Source: Podarcis erhardii
Lineage: Eukaryota
Reading direction: 5' to 3' (one strand)
DNA: 64,000 bases
Assembly: GCA_964252035.1 (NCBI GenBank)
Contig: OZ176201.1
Each line of letters starts with the position of its first letter. Position 1 is the stretch's first letter. Of the stretch, positions 35,767 through 48,974 are shown piece after piece. The notes under the pieces were generated by a model that saw only the letters and a program-made list of their open reading frames with translations, was not told the origin of the DNA and did no database searches. The position numbers were made by a program, and so were the translations under genes.

Positions 35767-38700
35767 CCATGTAGAGTGGCTATTGTGCCAAGGAAGGACC
35801 CCTTGGCAGACAGAGCTTGCAAGGTGGGGCAAGAGAGAGCACCACAACAGACACCTGCCCTCACAGCAGCAACTCTTCAGTGGCATGAATTGTTTGCTTC
35901 ACCTGCTCAAATCACCCTTGCCCATGTTGTCTTTTCCTTCAGTATTGCCATGAAGAGATGGGGTGGCTGTCTGGTCTTTCTGGAATGTGGGTGTGTTCTA
36001 GAGCCTTTGGCATTTCTGGCACCAGGCAGCCCAAGAATACAAGGCCTTTTCCAGCCTGTGCTTGTTATCTTTCTGTGATAGAGCGCCTGCCATCCGGAGT
36101 TGCCACGAAGTGACAGCTGCTCCCTGCTTGTCTCTCTCCACCTTGTCTGGAGGCTCAACAGTGACCCTTGCTCACACACTGTGAACAGACACAAAACACA
36201 CAAAAGGAAAAAGAAGATATTTTTTTTACCACTTATTTATTAAGTTTGGACTTGTGGTGCTGCGGGCCGCCTGCTGCACCCGTTCACCCATCCCTGCGTT
36301 ATTAATGTCTGTTTTTGTTTTTTGTTTTTTCATTTGTGTTTTTGGGATTGTATTTGCTGAGGGGGAATGGGGCTGGACGTAGATGGGTCGTCTGCTGCTT
36401 TAGATTCTGAGCTTAGCTGTTGCTGTTGTCTTGGTTTCATTTTTTCTTAGCGCTTAGGGAGACAGGAAAGTGTAGGTTTGAGAATTATTCTCATCCAAGA
36501 GTAGCTCAGTTAAAGTGATTTTTTTCCCTCTTCAATTCTTTTTGAACTCAGGGGTTCCTATCTTTTGTTTTGAGCGTGAACAAAGTTTTGTCAGTGGTGT
36601 TTTATTTACCAAAGTGTGTGTTTGGTGCTAGGATAAATGCTTGTTCATTTTCTTCCAGTATTTAAGAAAAGGAAAAGCAGAACTTAAAAGATAATCCTGG
36701 CATCAAGAAAGCCATTTTTAAAAAAAGATTCAGCCCAAATGATTCTTACTGCTGTGTCTTAGGGATTCTTTAATATATTTAAATAGAAACACATTTATGC
36801 CCTATTGTGGACTTAATGGACTCGATTCTTAACTGGTCACAAGTGTGTATCTCCAGTTGAGAATTGGTCAGAGTTTGCTCTTTGGAAATCATGGGCTAGA
36901 ATCTGCACTGTCTGTCTAGATGCTCAGACTTCATGGAATCTCAGAGGCGGGATTCTAAATTATCCAAAAGGCTTGGAGGATGAAGGCTGAGCACCCTCCT
37001 CAATCCTACTCTTTCAGAATAAAGCTTTTTTTCTGCTAGTGTTTTTAACAGGATAAGAAGCCAGAAGGGACAGAATTCCAGTCAACTCTAATTGACAGGC
37101 ATTCCCAAAGTGTTGGGGCCATGCTGTAGGCACCAAGGTCTCTGGGTCACTGAAGTTGTCATATAAACCTTTAGGGGCAACAATTGCCACCATCAGCCTT
37201 GGGAATGAGCGGTGGTCAGAGACTTTGGGAATGAATTCTGGTTTTCTTCTTGAGTCAATTCTGCCAATAACAATTGCATTTCAGGTAGTCCAGAGGTTAA
37301 AGCACAGCCCTGAAGCTCTGACTGTTAACCTAACTGAAGGTGAGGCTTATTCCTGCTTTCTCTTGCTGGCAAAGGTTGGAGTACCATAATCTTAGCTCTT
37401 GTCTCAATCCTATGGATATTTGGGTTAGTGTGGTTACTTGTGGTGCAGGGATGATGGTGCACTGCACTGTCAGATGCCCTACTATACTAGATGTATAGAT
37501 CAACTTCATAAACCCAACACACACACGCACACAGAAGTTTTAGACTAAAGTCATAACAGTACTTGGGATGTCCTGAAAAGGAGATGCTCCTGTGGTCATT
37601 GATGATGCTGGGCTGTCTGCTTAGTACAACTCCTTGAGACATGATTCCATCTATATTCTGGCTGTTTCCAAGGGGATCTCCTATATTGTATTATGTTTCC
37701 AAGGGGAGCCAAAATTAGGTACATTCAGTGGCAGAATTAGTGGAGGGAGGAGCAGTTATAGCATAATCCATGTCCAGGCATGTCCTACAAAGTGCTTGGG
37801 GGTGCTGGACAACCTGCCAGAAAGTCAGACCAGACCAAGAGGGTCCTTTGAAAATGGGGCAGTTGCTTGACTTGTGAAGAAGTAGGTGGGTGTTTTCTGT
37901 GACTGATTAGATTTTTAGAGTGGATAGTTGCTAACAAAATGAGGCAAGTTACCAAAGAGCTTGGAGGACACGGAGAGTTCATTTCCTGAGAGGGTGGAGG
38001 TCTTCATTCCTTGTGACTGGGACATCGTTACAACACACTGTGGAAGTTCAGTTATTCTGCTGACCTCAGTAGTGACTGTTAATGTGGCAGCATTTTTTGG
38101 AATATGAAGGAAGGCAATTTCATTTGCACACAGGCTTTATGAGTAGGTGGTTTTGTGCCTAAAAGAAAATGGATGGAGTGTATTATATGAAAAGACATTT
38201 GCTGTATGAGAGAAAGTTGGAAGTGAAGAGCTGGTGAAAACTAAAGGGCAGTGAGCAGAGAAAGCAAGTTTCTGATTTAAGATGCGTCCAGACAGTGAGT
38301 GAATATTAATGGTTTTATGGAAGTGGAGTAGGAAAAGCAATGAAGTTTACCTGTGGGTGTCTAATGAAAAACAGAAGGTGGTGCTGCGGTGCATATTTAA
38401 GAGATGCCTAGCCTCCAAGATGAATTCCTTTAGTATTGTGGAGGTTCAGCAAGATGTTTATTTAGCCTCTTCTGTGAACTTTGGCTATGATGTCTTCCTA
38501 AACTCTCCAGAATTTTAAGAAAATCTGAGTGTTTTCCAAAGACATTATGCCACAGTTTGAAAGTAGCTTGAAAATAGTGTGCTAAACCATAGTTTGAGAA
38601 CCAGGAACAAACAACAAACTCACACACTTACCTTTCCCATTAGTGATCTGATCTTGTTGGAATAAACTACAGCTTCCCATTGGATCTGAAATAGTAAACT

Positions 38701-39471
38701 GAGCTGTTACAGTTCTCTAGCAGTAATAATAAACCATGGTTTGATCCTGGTTAGTAAAATAACAGTTTGCCAATTCAGACACAATGGGGAATTGCAGCTG
38801 AAACTAACCAGGATCTCTGCACCAACACAGGGTGGGGGTAAAGGGGGAGAATGCATGCCTGATGTTTGCTGACTTCCTAAACTTTGATTTAGAGAGTCAG
38901 TAATGCACATTTTGATTTCAAGATACTGAGTCGTGCTTTTCAAATAAATAAATAAATGGGTGGTTCCGCATAGGCAAAAGACTTTGTTATTTTCAATAGC
39001 AAGATCTTTTTGCCGTATTGGAAGCTCTATGGGTAGAGGACAAACATAGTAGAAATGCAGTTTTGTGTTTCCTTTGAGCAAAATAACAAGAAAGCTCATA
39101 TTAAGACTACTTGGAGATATCATCTGTCGGGGTGAAGGGCATAGGAGATCATTTTGCCACAGAAATGTGTTTTGGTTAGGAATTGTTCAGGCCTCCCAAC
39201 TTCAAATTGATACAAGAATGATCCCATAAAGATGCAGATTTGAGATGTCACTTGCACACAAAAAATGGTTTGGAGAAGAGTAAAGCATGCTTTCTAGGGC
39301 ATCTTCCACAAGATTACAAGAAGAGCAGTACACTGTCAAAATATTGAACTGCCTAGAGAAGGAGTAGAGTGTCTGAAAGATATAATGAGAAACTCATAGG
39401 AGAACTAAAGCCCTGGTGACCAGTAGGACCAGTTGCAGTAGTCTTCTCCATGGATGATCAGGGTGGCCTGT

Positions 39472-39792
39472 CTATCTCAGTGATAGGCCCTCACCCTTCT
39501 GCTTGCTTTTGAAAAGTCCAGCAATTGCGGAGTTAATCACCACTTTTGAGAATTCATCTTGGAAAGTAGGCTGGTAGTCATCAAAGGTCTGGGCATGTTT
39601 TGTCGGGGAAGTGAAGCACCTTGGGTAGAGAATGCTGGCACAGGTGAGGGAACAGAGGAGATATTGGAAGTGTGAAAAGTTGGACTCGAGATCCAGGTGG
39701 AAGAACAGCACGTGCAAGTTGAGAATGGCACTGGGCTGCGTGTAGAAGAAAGTGGTGTTTAAATTGGATGTCAAGTTAATGTGCGGAGTGTA
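39472..39792 (-). CDS. Unidentified minus-strand terminal coding exon or coding relic (106 aa + stop), tentatively leptin-like / long-chain helical cytokine-like
   Basis: On the minus strand: TACTAAC branch point (plus 39835-39841), long pyrimidine tract and CCCAG acceptor, then a phase-0 open frame YTPHINLTSNLNTTFFYTQ...HLDLESNF...LLCSLTC...VVINSAIAGLF...LSLR*. About 60% GC3 by hand count in ~40% GC surroundings. Identity is not established. Confidence 0.45.
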   Translation of the reverse strand, partial: YTPHINLTSNLNTTFFYTQPSAILNLHVLFFHLDLESNFSHFQYLLCSLTCASILYPRCFTSPTKHAQTFDDYQPTFQDEFSKVVINSAIAGLFKSKQKGEGLSLR

Positions 39793-42700
39793 CTGGGAAG
39801 TACAGAAGGTGTGGGAAAGAGATAAATAGAAAGGGTTAGTAGAAGCAGTCCAATGGGAGCCATTTTATTGCCTTGTCCTAAAAGCTGGGTGTGCCCTCCT
39901 TTTGGCTCTACAACCTGTTCTTCCATTGGACTTCTATGAAATGTACTTTAGCAAATGAAGTATACTAGTTGGCAGAGAATTGGTGATACATAGTATGACA
40001 ACTGGCGCTGGTACCTTTCCAAAGTGGCTGATATCTAAAAGTGGAGCTAGGAGTGGATCTACCTTCTGGCTTGACCTAAAAACCATGGTTTAGCTTTAGA
40101 GCACAGAGCCTCTCAAAACTTTTTTATTAGCCATTGCCAGCATGAATTGGTTAGATGTGCACCACAGCCCTAATCTTTAGTGGCTGGCTAGGCCCTGGAA
40201 ATCAAGAAGCATTGGTTGGAAGAAGATAGTTGAGAGTACAAGAATGTTATTAGAGCACTGGGTTTTCTAGTGCTAATGGAAAGCAGGTGCCCCTAATGAT
40301 GGGATTGGCTTTGCAACGATGAGATTTTTCTCTTTAAAGATGGCTTTTGGGTTTTGTTTCTTCTTAGTGTTTAAGAATTTGTAGGTATCTGCTTTGCTGC
40401 TCCTAAAAGCTTTATTCCGTTTAAGATTCCAAGTGATGGAACTGTCAGGTCCTATGAATAAGTGCCTCCTGTAATGTAACTCCTGAAAAGTCCTTTGATT
40501 TTTTTTAGTGGATATTTATTGAACATTTGTGTCGTATCTTGTGAACTTGGAATTTAAGAAAAGAGCCCTTTAAAAAAAAAGTTGCTTAAAATAAGTAACT
40601 TCAGCCTTGCGCTGTTTTAACTTTCCATCTGGAAGCTTGTTAAATAAGCCATTAAATAAATATATAAATCTTTTGGCTCTCCTTTCTCTAGTGCCTCAAG
40701 ACATCAAGGTTTAGAAGTGCTCCTCCCACAAAGTTGTGAAATAAATTTGCCTACATGTTTGGAAATGTGACGTATGAGATTTTTCCTGCACATTTCATCA
40801 TATGTACAGCAGAGCAGTAGCTAGAAGAGATACCAAGAGATTTCTCCAGGTGTCTTGAGTTTGTGTTCTTGTCTTAGCAAGGCAAAAGATACCAGCAAGG
40901 GTCTTCAAGGGAATTAGACTGTTTGCATGCAGGTACTTCAGTACATAGTGAAGTATGTACTTGAGTATTTATAAAATGACTATTAGATGAAACGCAGTAC
41001 AATGACTTGGTAAAGTCCCAGAACTAAATCAGATTTTTTTTGTTATAAAAAAAATAGAAGTTGTGCAAATGTCAATTAAGGTTAAAATTCAAAATTGAAA
41101 ATATTTCTCATGAACTGAAAATTTATCCTGATGGAGAACATGGCCGAAGTGTTCAAAAAAAATGGGAGGGGGTAGATTATAAAACATAATATTTACACAG
41201 GTTCAGAATTATTAGATTGTTGTTCAGCATTTGAAGCGGAAAGCTTCTGGGTTCACTTTAAAAAATTGCACATTTGTCCCTTTCAAGAAATGAGTTTGGA
41301 TACAGTATTCTATTTCCCTTTGGACTTGAAGCTCTCAAACACGGCAGACCACCCAAAAACAATTGACCTCTTGAAGAGCCTGGTTCATCTTCCCTTTACT
41401 TCAAGAGAAAGCAAGAATAACCTCTTATCAGGAGATTGCCTAACTCTCAAATGTGGAAGGGTGTTTTCCATTCTCAAAAGAAGGTTATAATTTAGCTTGC
41501 CATGGTGGGGGGAGCATACAGGGGTGGGATAGGTTTGGGAAACGTTAAAGGTTTTTTCAAACGTTCAAAAACACGGGATGTCTTTTCAAGAAAAATTGAG
41601 GAAAAAAATGCAGTTTTATTGCATTTTTTAAATTATTTTTTTAATGTATTAATTTAGAACAAATCTTTGTTAATGTTATTTTTAATCTGGATGGCTAAAT
41701 GTTTACAATCGCCTGCCTGACATCTGCTCTTAAAGTGTGTGGGGATATTGGGGTGGGTGGGGCACAGGTCTGCAGCGTGTGGTGCATGCAATTCAAATGG
41801 GGGGTTTTAAAACAAACAAAACTGTAAAAAAAAAAATCATGCCAAAGGTAAGGCAGAGACTAGCTGGGTAGATGGTTATATTCTAGACATTAGCATTTCA
41901 CTATATTCTCTATATACCATATATTATAAATTTGCATGTTAAAGTAAATAGAAGTAACTTCTATCTTATACAGAAAGGGACTTTAACTTTGGATTACTTG
42001 TAAATTTGGTCACTTGTCTTGATTCAGGACTGCCTGAACACCTTAAGCTTTAGGGGCTGCTTGATTTTGTTTTTGTATTTTGTTTTATTTTTGTAGCCAC
42101 CAAACTTTTGCTTTGCTGCCTTTTCATTAAAAAGGGCATGATCCAAAGTTTCATAGAGGGGTTTGAGAGCAGAGCTACTGAGTGGTGGCAGCCAAATTGA
42201 CTTGAGTTGCAGCCACCATAGAACTAGTAGCCAATTTGCTGCATCTTCTCCAATGCTGTATCTTCCTTTGCTGACCTGTTATACTGAAATCGGCGTCATG
42301 GAAACACCTGGAAGCTTTGTATCACGGACATCCACCAGGACAATGCTGTACTCATGTGAGCAGTCAGAAGGTTTCAGACGGCCAGCAGTTTAGCTTTGCT
42401 TGCTCAACCAACCTTCCTCATGTTAGTTCCAAGTATTCAAAGCTACACTTTTGTGCACATTTATTTATTGCCCACAGGGAACTGTGTGTGTGTGTGTTTA
42501 ATTTATTTTTTAAAACTTCCCTTTCTTTGACTTCTTATGGAGGGTGTATTTTTCATTTATAGTATTTGGTGAGTAGACTGTTTTCTCAAAGTGGAGGAAT
42601 GGAGCATCACAAACAGATTTAATTTCAGGTTGCAGACCACAGTCAAAATTAATTCCAGTGCTTGATTCTTCTCTAAGGGGCTTGAAGTGCTCGGGCTGTG

Positions 42701-44758
42701 GTTGGGCACGCAGAGTCTTGGAATCATGTAACTTTAAAATTCCCAGGATTCAATACCATAAGGCTAAGAGTCGGTGAAGTTGCTCATAGGTAATATTGGA
42801 AGAAGGACTGAGGCTGGAAATCAAGAGAATCATGATTATGCAGATTGACCAAACTCTGTGTTGAAGAATTCATGAATTTTGCTTTAAAATGATAATTAAG
42901 CTGATAAGTTGAATATTTATGCTTGCCTGCTGGCTTCGGAATTTTAATTTAGAACAAATGCTAGTCAGTTACCTTTTAAGAATTTTTTTTCCTAATGTAG
43001 ATCAAGCTGTTCTAGGTTATTTTCCAAACACCTGATTCACAAGAGTTGCAGTCAAAAACATGAGAATTTATAGCCCTGTAAAATAGGAAGATTGACCAGG
43101 AGATGAGTTGGAGAACTTGCAGACACCCTGCCAATATTGAGTTTTATTCCCAAGTAGAGAGAAAATACTGTTCCTCTGTAGCTGTAGTGGATTTTGCCCA
43201 AATACAAGAACACAATATTTCAGAATGGTAGCACAGGAATTGGCATGCGACATGAACTGATGGGGTGTGCCTGTAGGTAGAGGAAGGGGACTTAGGAGAG
43301 ACAGTTCACATTACTTGTTTCTGTCACATCCTAGTTTTAGAGATGGTTTGTACACTCACACAGTGAAGTTTGGAGAAATGGTTATCTCTGAGAACTTTGG
43401 GATCAGGTCTGGAGAGAAGTCCTGTTTTGTTTATCCTGCTTAAGGGGAGCTTCTTAGAAACAACAAAATTGTCACCATATATATATACTTACCTGTAGAG
43501 TGGTTCTTAATTTTTTTAAAAAAAAAAATTGGCTCTAGTTTCACATTGGTGCTGTAAACCAAACCATTTTAAAAAGAAAGTAATGCTCTATATACCAAAG
43601 TATTTCAGCTATTTGTTTGGAAGTTTGTAGAGTTTTTAATAGCATAACCATCTCCTTCCTATCCCCACAGCAGGCCATTTTATTAGTAGCTCTCCTTACT
43701 TCCAGTTTAATGTCTGGTTAATGGACACTCTTTATCTTGTTGGAGGGTTTTTTCCCACCAGCACCAGCAGTTGTTCCCAGAGCCATTTGTCACAGGCAAG
43801 AAAAGGTTTAATGTGGCTTAGTATGCTAGATGTTATAATGACGTTCAGAAAGCATGGAAATGGCTTATCCCAGGGATAACATGTTGAGTAAATTCCAATA
43901 AAGTAAGTACTGGAGTTTGTCTCAGAAGAGGAATGTTCTGATTTATGATTTGAATTTAAATGATTTCAGGCTTAGAGTGCCCTAGGCCCTCTGGCCAGTT
44001 TTGGGGGTGAGTGGATAATTTGCTGAGCTCATTGCTTTCCCTACATGCTGAGAAATCCCTTTTTAAAATATCAGTTGTACCTTGGATTTTAAAAGATAAT
44101 AAGAGAATAGTATCTCCCTGGGGTGTCTTCAAGAGTCTTTGTGAAACACTCCTTTCTGTGCCCTATGGGACCCATCCTTGTAGGTTCAGTCCAGCAACAT
44201 AGGACAGTTCAGTGTCACTTATTTCCAGTTATGGTTTGCTAGTCACCTCTCAGTGCGATTTCACTGTCCTAAATTTCACTGCCCACTACTTGGCATGCAC
44301 CAAATTTTAGAGCAGAGACTTTCCTTTTCCTAGTCAGCACCCCACCTCCCTGTCAGCAGTCCAAACAGCTTGTCAGAAGTAGTTGCCTGCCTCCAAGCAG
44401 TGAGGCCAGTCTGATCAATTTTAGTGGAACTTTTGGATTTAGAAACATACCTACAATAGTATAAGGTAAATGACATTCTTGCTTACTTTTGAAAAGCTTT
44501 TTTTTTTACTCTGTTTGTAAAAACCCTCATAGAAGCTTAAAAATAAATCTCTCTTTCCCTAAATGTCTGTTTCTTTCCATTTCATGCACAATTTTAAAGC
44601 AGCTTCCTTCCCCAGAATGAATTTCTAAGTCATGAATCATTTTGTACTTGGAATCAACAAGAAAGGCATCCCGGCAACCTTACGGGATGACTCCATCATG
44701 GTTTAAAATGGGTGGAGAACCTGAGGCTAAGGAGAGTCAGTGCAGCTCTCTCTTTGAC

Positions 44759-44923
44759 CTTCGGGACTCTCCCCAGTCCACACACACTCCGGCCCAGCTT
44801 CTCATCCTCCTCTACTAGTTTTTGACTGTCTGAAATGTGTCCTTGAATTCTTATAGCCCCTCTTGCATGAATGAAGGACAGAGAGGAGCTGCATATATAT
44901 GTGGAAGCTAGCCTACTGTCCAA
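44759..44923 (-). CDS. Candidate upstream exon of the same minus-strand gene
   Basis: Open frame (TTG)DSRLASTYICSSSLSFIHARGAIRIQGHISDSQKLVEEDEKLGRSVCGLGRVPK, ending at a weak phase-0 donor AAG|GTCAAA that matches the phase-0 acceptor at 39792. No ATG in frame. Confidence 0.25.
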
Positions 44924-46279
44924 AGGTAAAGTTCACATTTGTTGTTCCACCCACATTTTGCCTCTGCCCATTGTCTCTGCTGCCCATCCCCAAAGGTCGC
45001 CCAGGAGGGAATGATGTGACCCACAGGCTAATAAAGGCTTCCCACTCCTGATCTAAAAGACTGATATTTCACAGGTAGGAAGTGCCGCGTTATCTGACAA
45101 ACTTGAAGCTTGGAATAAGTAAGTATTATTATTAATTAATAAAATTTCTATACTGTCCTTCACCCAAAGATCACAGGGCGGTTTACAATATGAAAAAACA
45201 AAATGTGTAACATTGTAACAAGCAGAAGAGCGTAGCAATGGTGAATGCATTAATTTGAGCAATATCTGTTTTGCCTTTCAAAGAAGAAGGGAAACATAAT
45301 TTGAAGATGGAGGGAAAATCATATTTGGTCTTTGGGCTGTACAGAGGCCTCCAAGCAGTTTACAATTAAAACTAACGTAGCAGTTTCTGGGTGCAACGTT
45401 AAATCATGCAAATTGACTATTGGAATGTAATGTGCTGAATACATTTGCCACATGACAACGGTGACCTGTTGACCTGTTCCCTGCATTTGTTTAACATGTA
45501 GAGTAAAAATGCTAAAATTGTCATAGAGGTGAGACTCAACTTACATGGGGGTTATGTTCTGGGGATGGCACGTAAAGCCAGAATCATGGATAGTCAATTT
45601 GCCTTACCTTGAGACAGCTGAAAATTGCTGAGGCAAACAGTGATGCAGCAGCAGAACCACTCACAAAATGGAAGCAGAGTTTGATAATTACTGGTGATGG
45701 TTTTTACTGATACCTAATCCATGTTAGAAAATTGACTAAATTCTTTGCTGAAGCATTTTTTGTGTGACTAGGAGCTCATCTTTCCTCAAGTTCAGTACAT
45801 TTGCTCTGGAGGTTTTGTGACTCAGCCTGCCCATTTTAGGCAGAATTTGCTGAATCAGAATCAAAATGCAGAAAGCTTATTCTTTTATATCTTCCCCTCC
45901 CCACCTCCACATTCTTCTCAAAGTATTTTTACCCATCTCCTATAATTTCTTCCCCCATCCTCCTTCAGCTTTCTTTTCAAACCAGCCAGTTATTTCATTT
46001 CTCCTATCTGGGCCTTTTACAGTTGCTACGTCTTCCTGTCACAGCCTTCCTCTCTTATCCTTTTTCTTTTCTGTTCTTGACTTGGAGTCAAATCCCTGCT
46101 CAGCTGTGAAGCTCACTTAGAACACTTTCAAGAAGGACTGGTTTCTCAGCTTTACCTACTGCACCGGGTGCTAGAATCAAAGAGCTGGAAGAGCATCAAA
46201 GTGCATTTAGTGCTGATGAAGGGAACCCACAACAGCAGCATCTGAGATAGCGTAAAAACTGCTTTAAATTCTGTAATAG

Positions 46280-46880
46280 ATGAGAGTCCACCTTCTGAGG
46301 CAGTCCACTGTCAAAACAGTTCAGGACATTCTTCCTAATGTTTGTAATTTAAACCCATTGTTTTGGGTCACACCCTCTGGAGCAACAAACCTGCTCCATC
46401 TATGTGGCAACCTGTCAAATACGTAATGTCCACTCTGCCCCACACAGCTAAACCAGCTCCTTCAACCTTCCCTCATCAGCCTTGGTCTCAGGCTCACTCA
46501 TCATCTTTATTGCCCTCTTACTTAAATTGTAGCGCCCTGTTCCTCAGGTGAACTGACCAAAGCATTCTAGAATAGTGCCATTACTCCTGAATGGGACACC
46601 GAAACTCCTGTTGATGCAGCCTAGGGTTGCATTATTACTTTCAGATAAGCCTCAAGGCAGTTTGCAGTCATACAATAAAAACAAAATAGATTTTAAAACA
46701 ACATCCCCCCAGGCTTAAAAAAAAATACAAATAAACCTCCAATGTACAGATCCATTTGCTTGTCGTTTTTTTCTTCGAAAAAGAGAATCTCAACCCATTT
46801 GGAAACGCTTGTCTTTTTAGCCACTGCATTGAACTCTGACTCCAGTTTAGCTTGTGGTTTGCTAAAACCCTTGTTTGTTT
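46280..46880 (-). mobile_element. CR1 LINE ORF2 3' fragments
   Basis: Minus-strand remnant LANHKLNWSQ resembles the CR1 RT motif LVDHKLNMSQ; GCAGCCTAGGGTTGCATT and CCTTCTGAGGCAGTCC motifs are typical of inverted CR1. Confidence 0.6.
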
Positions 46881-48974
46881 TCCCATGTACTGTACATTTA
46901 GACTAAAATTCCTCTCTGGGCTCTTTGAAGACTGTTTTAACATAAATGCAGTACTGTATGTTAAAACGTTTACAATTTGTGGCGAGGCTAATGTATCTGA
47001 TTTAGTAACAGTCTGAACCACATATTATTGAAGGCAACACAAGCTGCCCTACTGAGCCAGATCATCCGTTTATTAGGATCTGATTCTTGTAGGAAGAAGG
47101 ATGCTAGGCTGAATGGACTCAGGACAGGAAGACCTTGATCACATGATACAGATTCAATTACGGTATGCTAGCAGAAGCCAGTGCAAGGACTTGTCACTAG
47201 CACAACAGGGCTTTGCCCCACTCCTCTAGAACCTCCAGAACAGCAGGCAGGAGGAGGAGAGGAGACTGTTTCATTGCGCAAGCAGAACTCCTTACTCTGG
47301 ATTGTATGCCACATGGCGCTCTCTCTCCTTCCTAACATGAGCTCTCTTGTTCACACTTCCAGCTAGCCAGTCAGCTTTGCCCTCCCTCCAGGATATGCCA
47401 TTTCTTTGCTCCTCGCATATATTTCACATTTTTCATTTCCATCTGACAACAAGGGAGCACGCTTTGTCCTCACTGAACTAAGTATTGATGGGGAAGAGGG
47501 GATCCCCTTTAGATTTTATATTTAAAAGATATTTTTGTACATCTGCAGATTTCAGCCGAGCACGCTCAACCTCCCTCTTGTTTCTTGGTCACTCTGCTTT
47601 GGTTCCCACCATCTTGGATTCATTATTCAGGACACAGATGTTAAGAATAAGAGCTTTAAATAAGTACCTGGGCATTCTCAAGTTTGCTTTTGAAAAATAA
47701 CCTTGGAGCGCAGCTCCGTTTAGCCCATAACTTTGCAAAGGTACAAAGGTCCAGTTAACATGTTGCACTCCACCATTTACAATCAAAGATAATATAGTAG
47801 TAATTTGTTACACCTTCACAATACTTTTAAGACCCAGAGCCTTGTGTTCTTAGCATGTTAGTTATATGACATATATATCTTTGGAACTCTAGTTTATTCC
47901 TCGGTATTACAATACCCAGTTCCCTTAAACTGCAGTTCCTAAGATTATTTGGGGGAAGAGTTATGTGCTTTAGATGTATGCTGTGTATGCCACCCTGTAT
48001 GAGACCCCACAAAACTTCCTCTGTTCCACTACCACTGTATTGTCCAGCAATTTAGGTCAACTCTCTGCTTTCTGTCTGGCTTAATATTTTCTCCTTCCCT
48101 CCCTTCCTCCCTTCCATGTCTGCAAATGAAAAGGCAAAGGCCAATGTAGCCCCACCCATCCGCGGACCCAGAAGTGTATCAGGCATTGGCAAGGAGGGAC
48201 TGACAACTATTTTTGCAAGAAAGGAAGGAATAGAGAGACTCCATGGCCAATTTTGGGGTGGGGGTGGGGGGAGGGAAGAGAGGCTATGAACCTCAATAAT
48301 AAAAAGCAGGGCTGGCTTGACGTTTAATCTTCCATAATTAAACACTTCTGCAGTAGAGAACTCTGCTCACTCAGACATACTTTCCAGAAATGACTATGCC
48401 ACATTCTTATGTACGAGTAGTAAACAAAGTTTATAAGAGAGAGAGAAATTCCATGGATGAGATAGAGGGGGAGGGAGTGAAACAAATCATAACATGGGAT
48501 TTCTAGTCTAATATAAAACGATTGTATGCAAACTAACCAGTTTTGGGTTACTGAGTTTTCAAAGGCAAGGAAGTTCCTGTGAAATTCTTTTCTCAAAGGT
48601 GTTGGATTTATTATTAATCAAATTTATATACTGCCCTAAACCCGCAGGTCTCAGGGTGGTTCACAGGAGCAATCCATACCGTGATTCCCCCAGGAACAGA
48701 CATGGCCAGTAAAAAGTTAATAGGAGTTTTGACCCCCTTTGGAGTGGCAGGGATCAGGTGAGCCCCTGTGGGAGCACCCTCAGGCCAGTCTTGAAAAGCC
48801 ATGAGGCTACTTAACTTTGGGTGTCTGAGGAGTCTGCAACACTTACTGTAGCTTCTCATCTGGAAAATGTTTTATGTTCTATATTCAGTTGTAGGATGAT
48901 GGGGATGATGATAATAATAATTATTATTTATATCCCACCATAACCAGGCTAAGGGCGGCTAACATCAAAATATA

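Noticed and set aside
39472-39792. L2 reverse-transcriptase origin for the antisense exon (TPHI and NSAIAGL resemble L2 FTPHI and NSLLAGL)
   Set aside because: Motif spacing is ~86 aa versus ~47 aa in L2, the intervening LDYC-type motifs are absent, and a splice acceptor precedes the ORF. Not fully excluded without RepeatMasker.
42160-42400. Coding-looking segment (minus frame RLKPSDCSHEYSIVLVDVRDTKLPG)
   Set aside because: Short, bounded by stops, no convincing splice sites or recognisable homology.
45530-45730. Strong minus-strand donor at ~45608 as signal-peptide exon for the cytokine-like gene
   Set aside because: Lies within a degenerate Tigger-like element, and I found no ATG-initiated signal peptide in a compatible frame.
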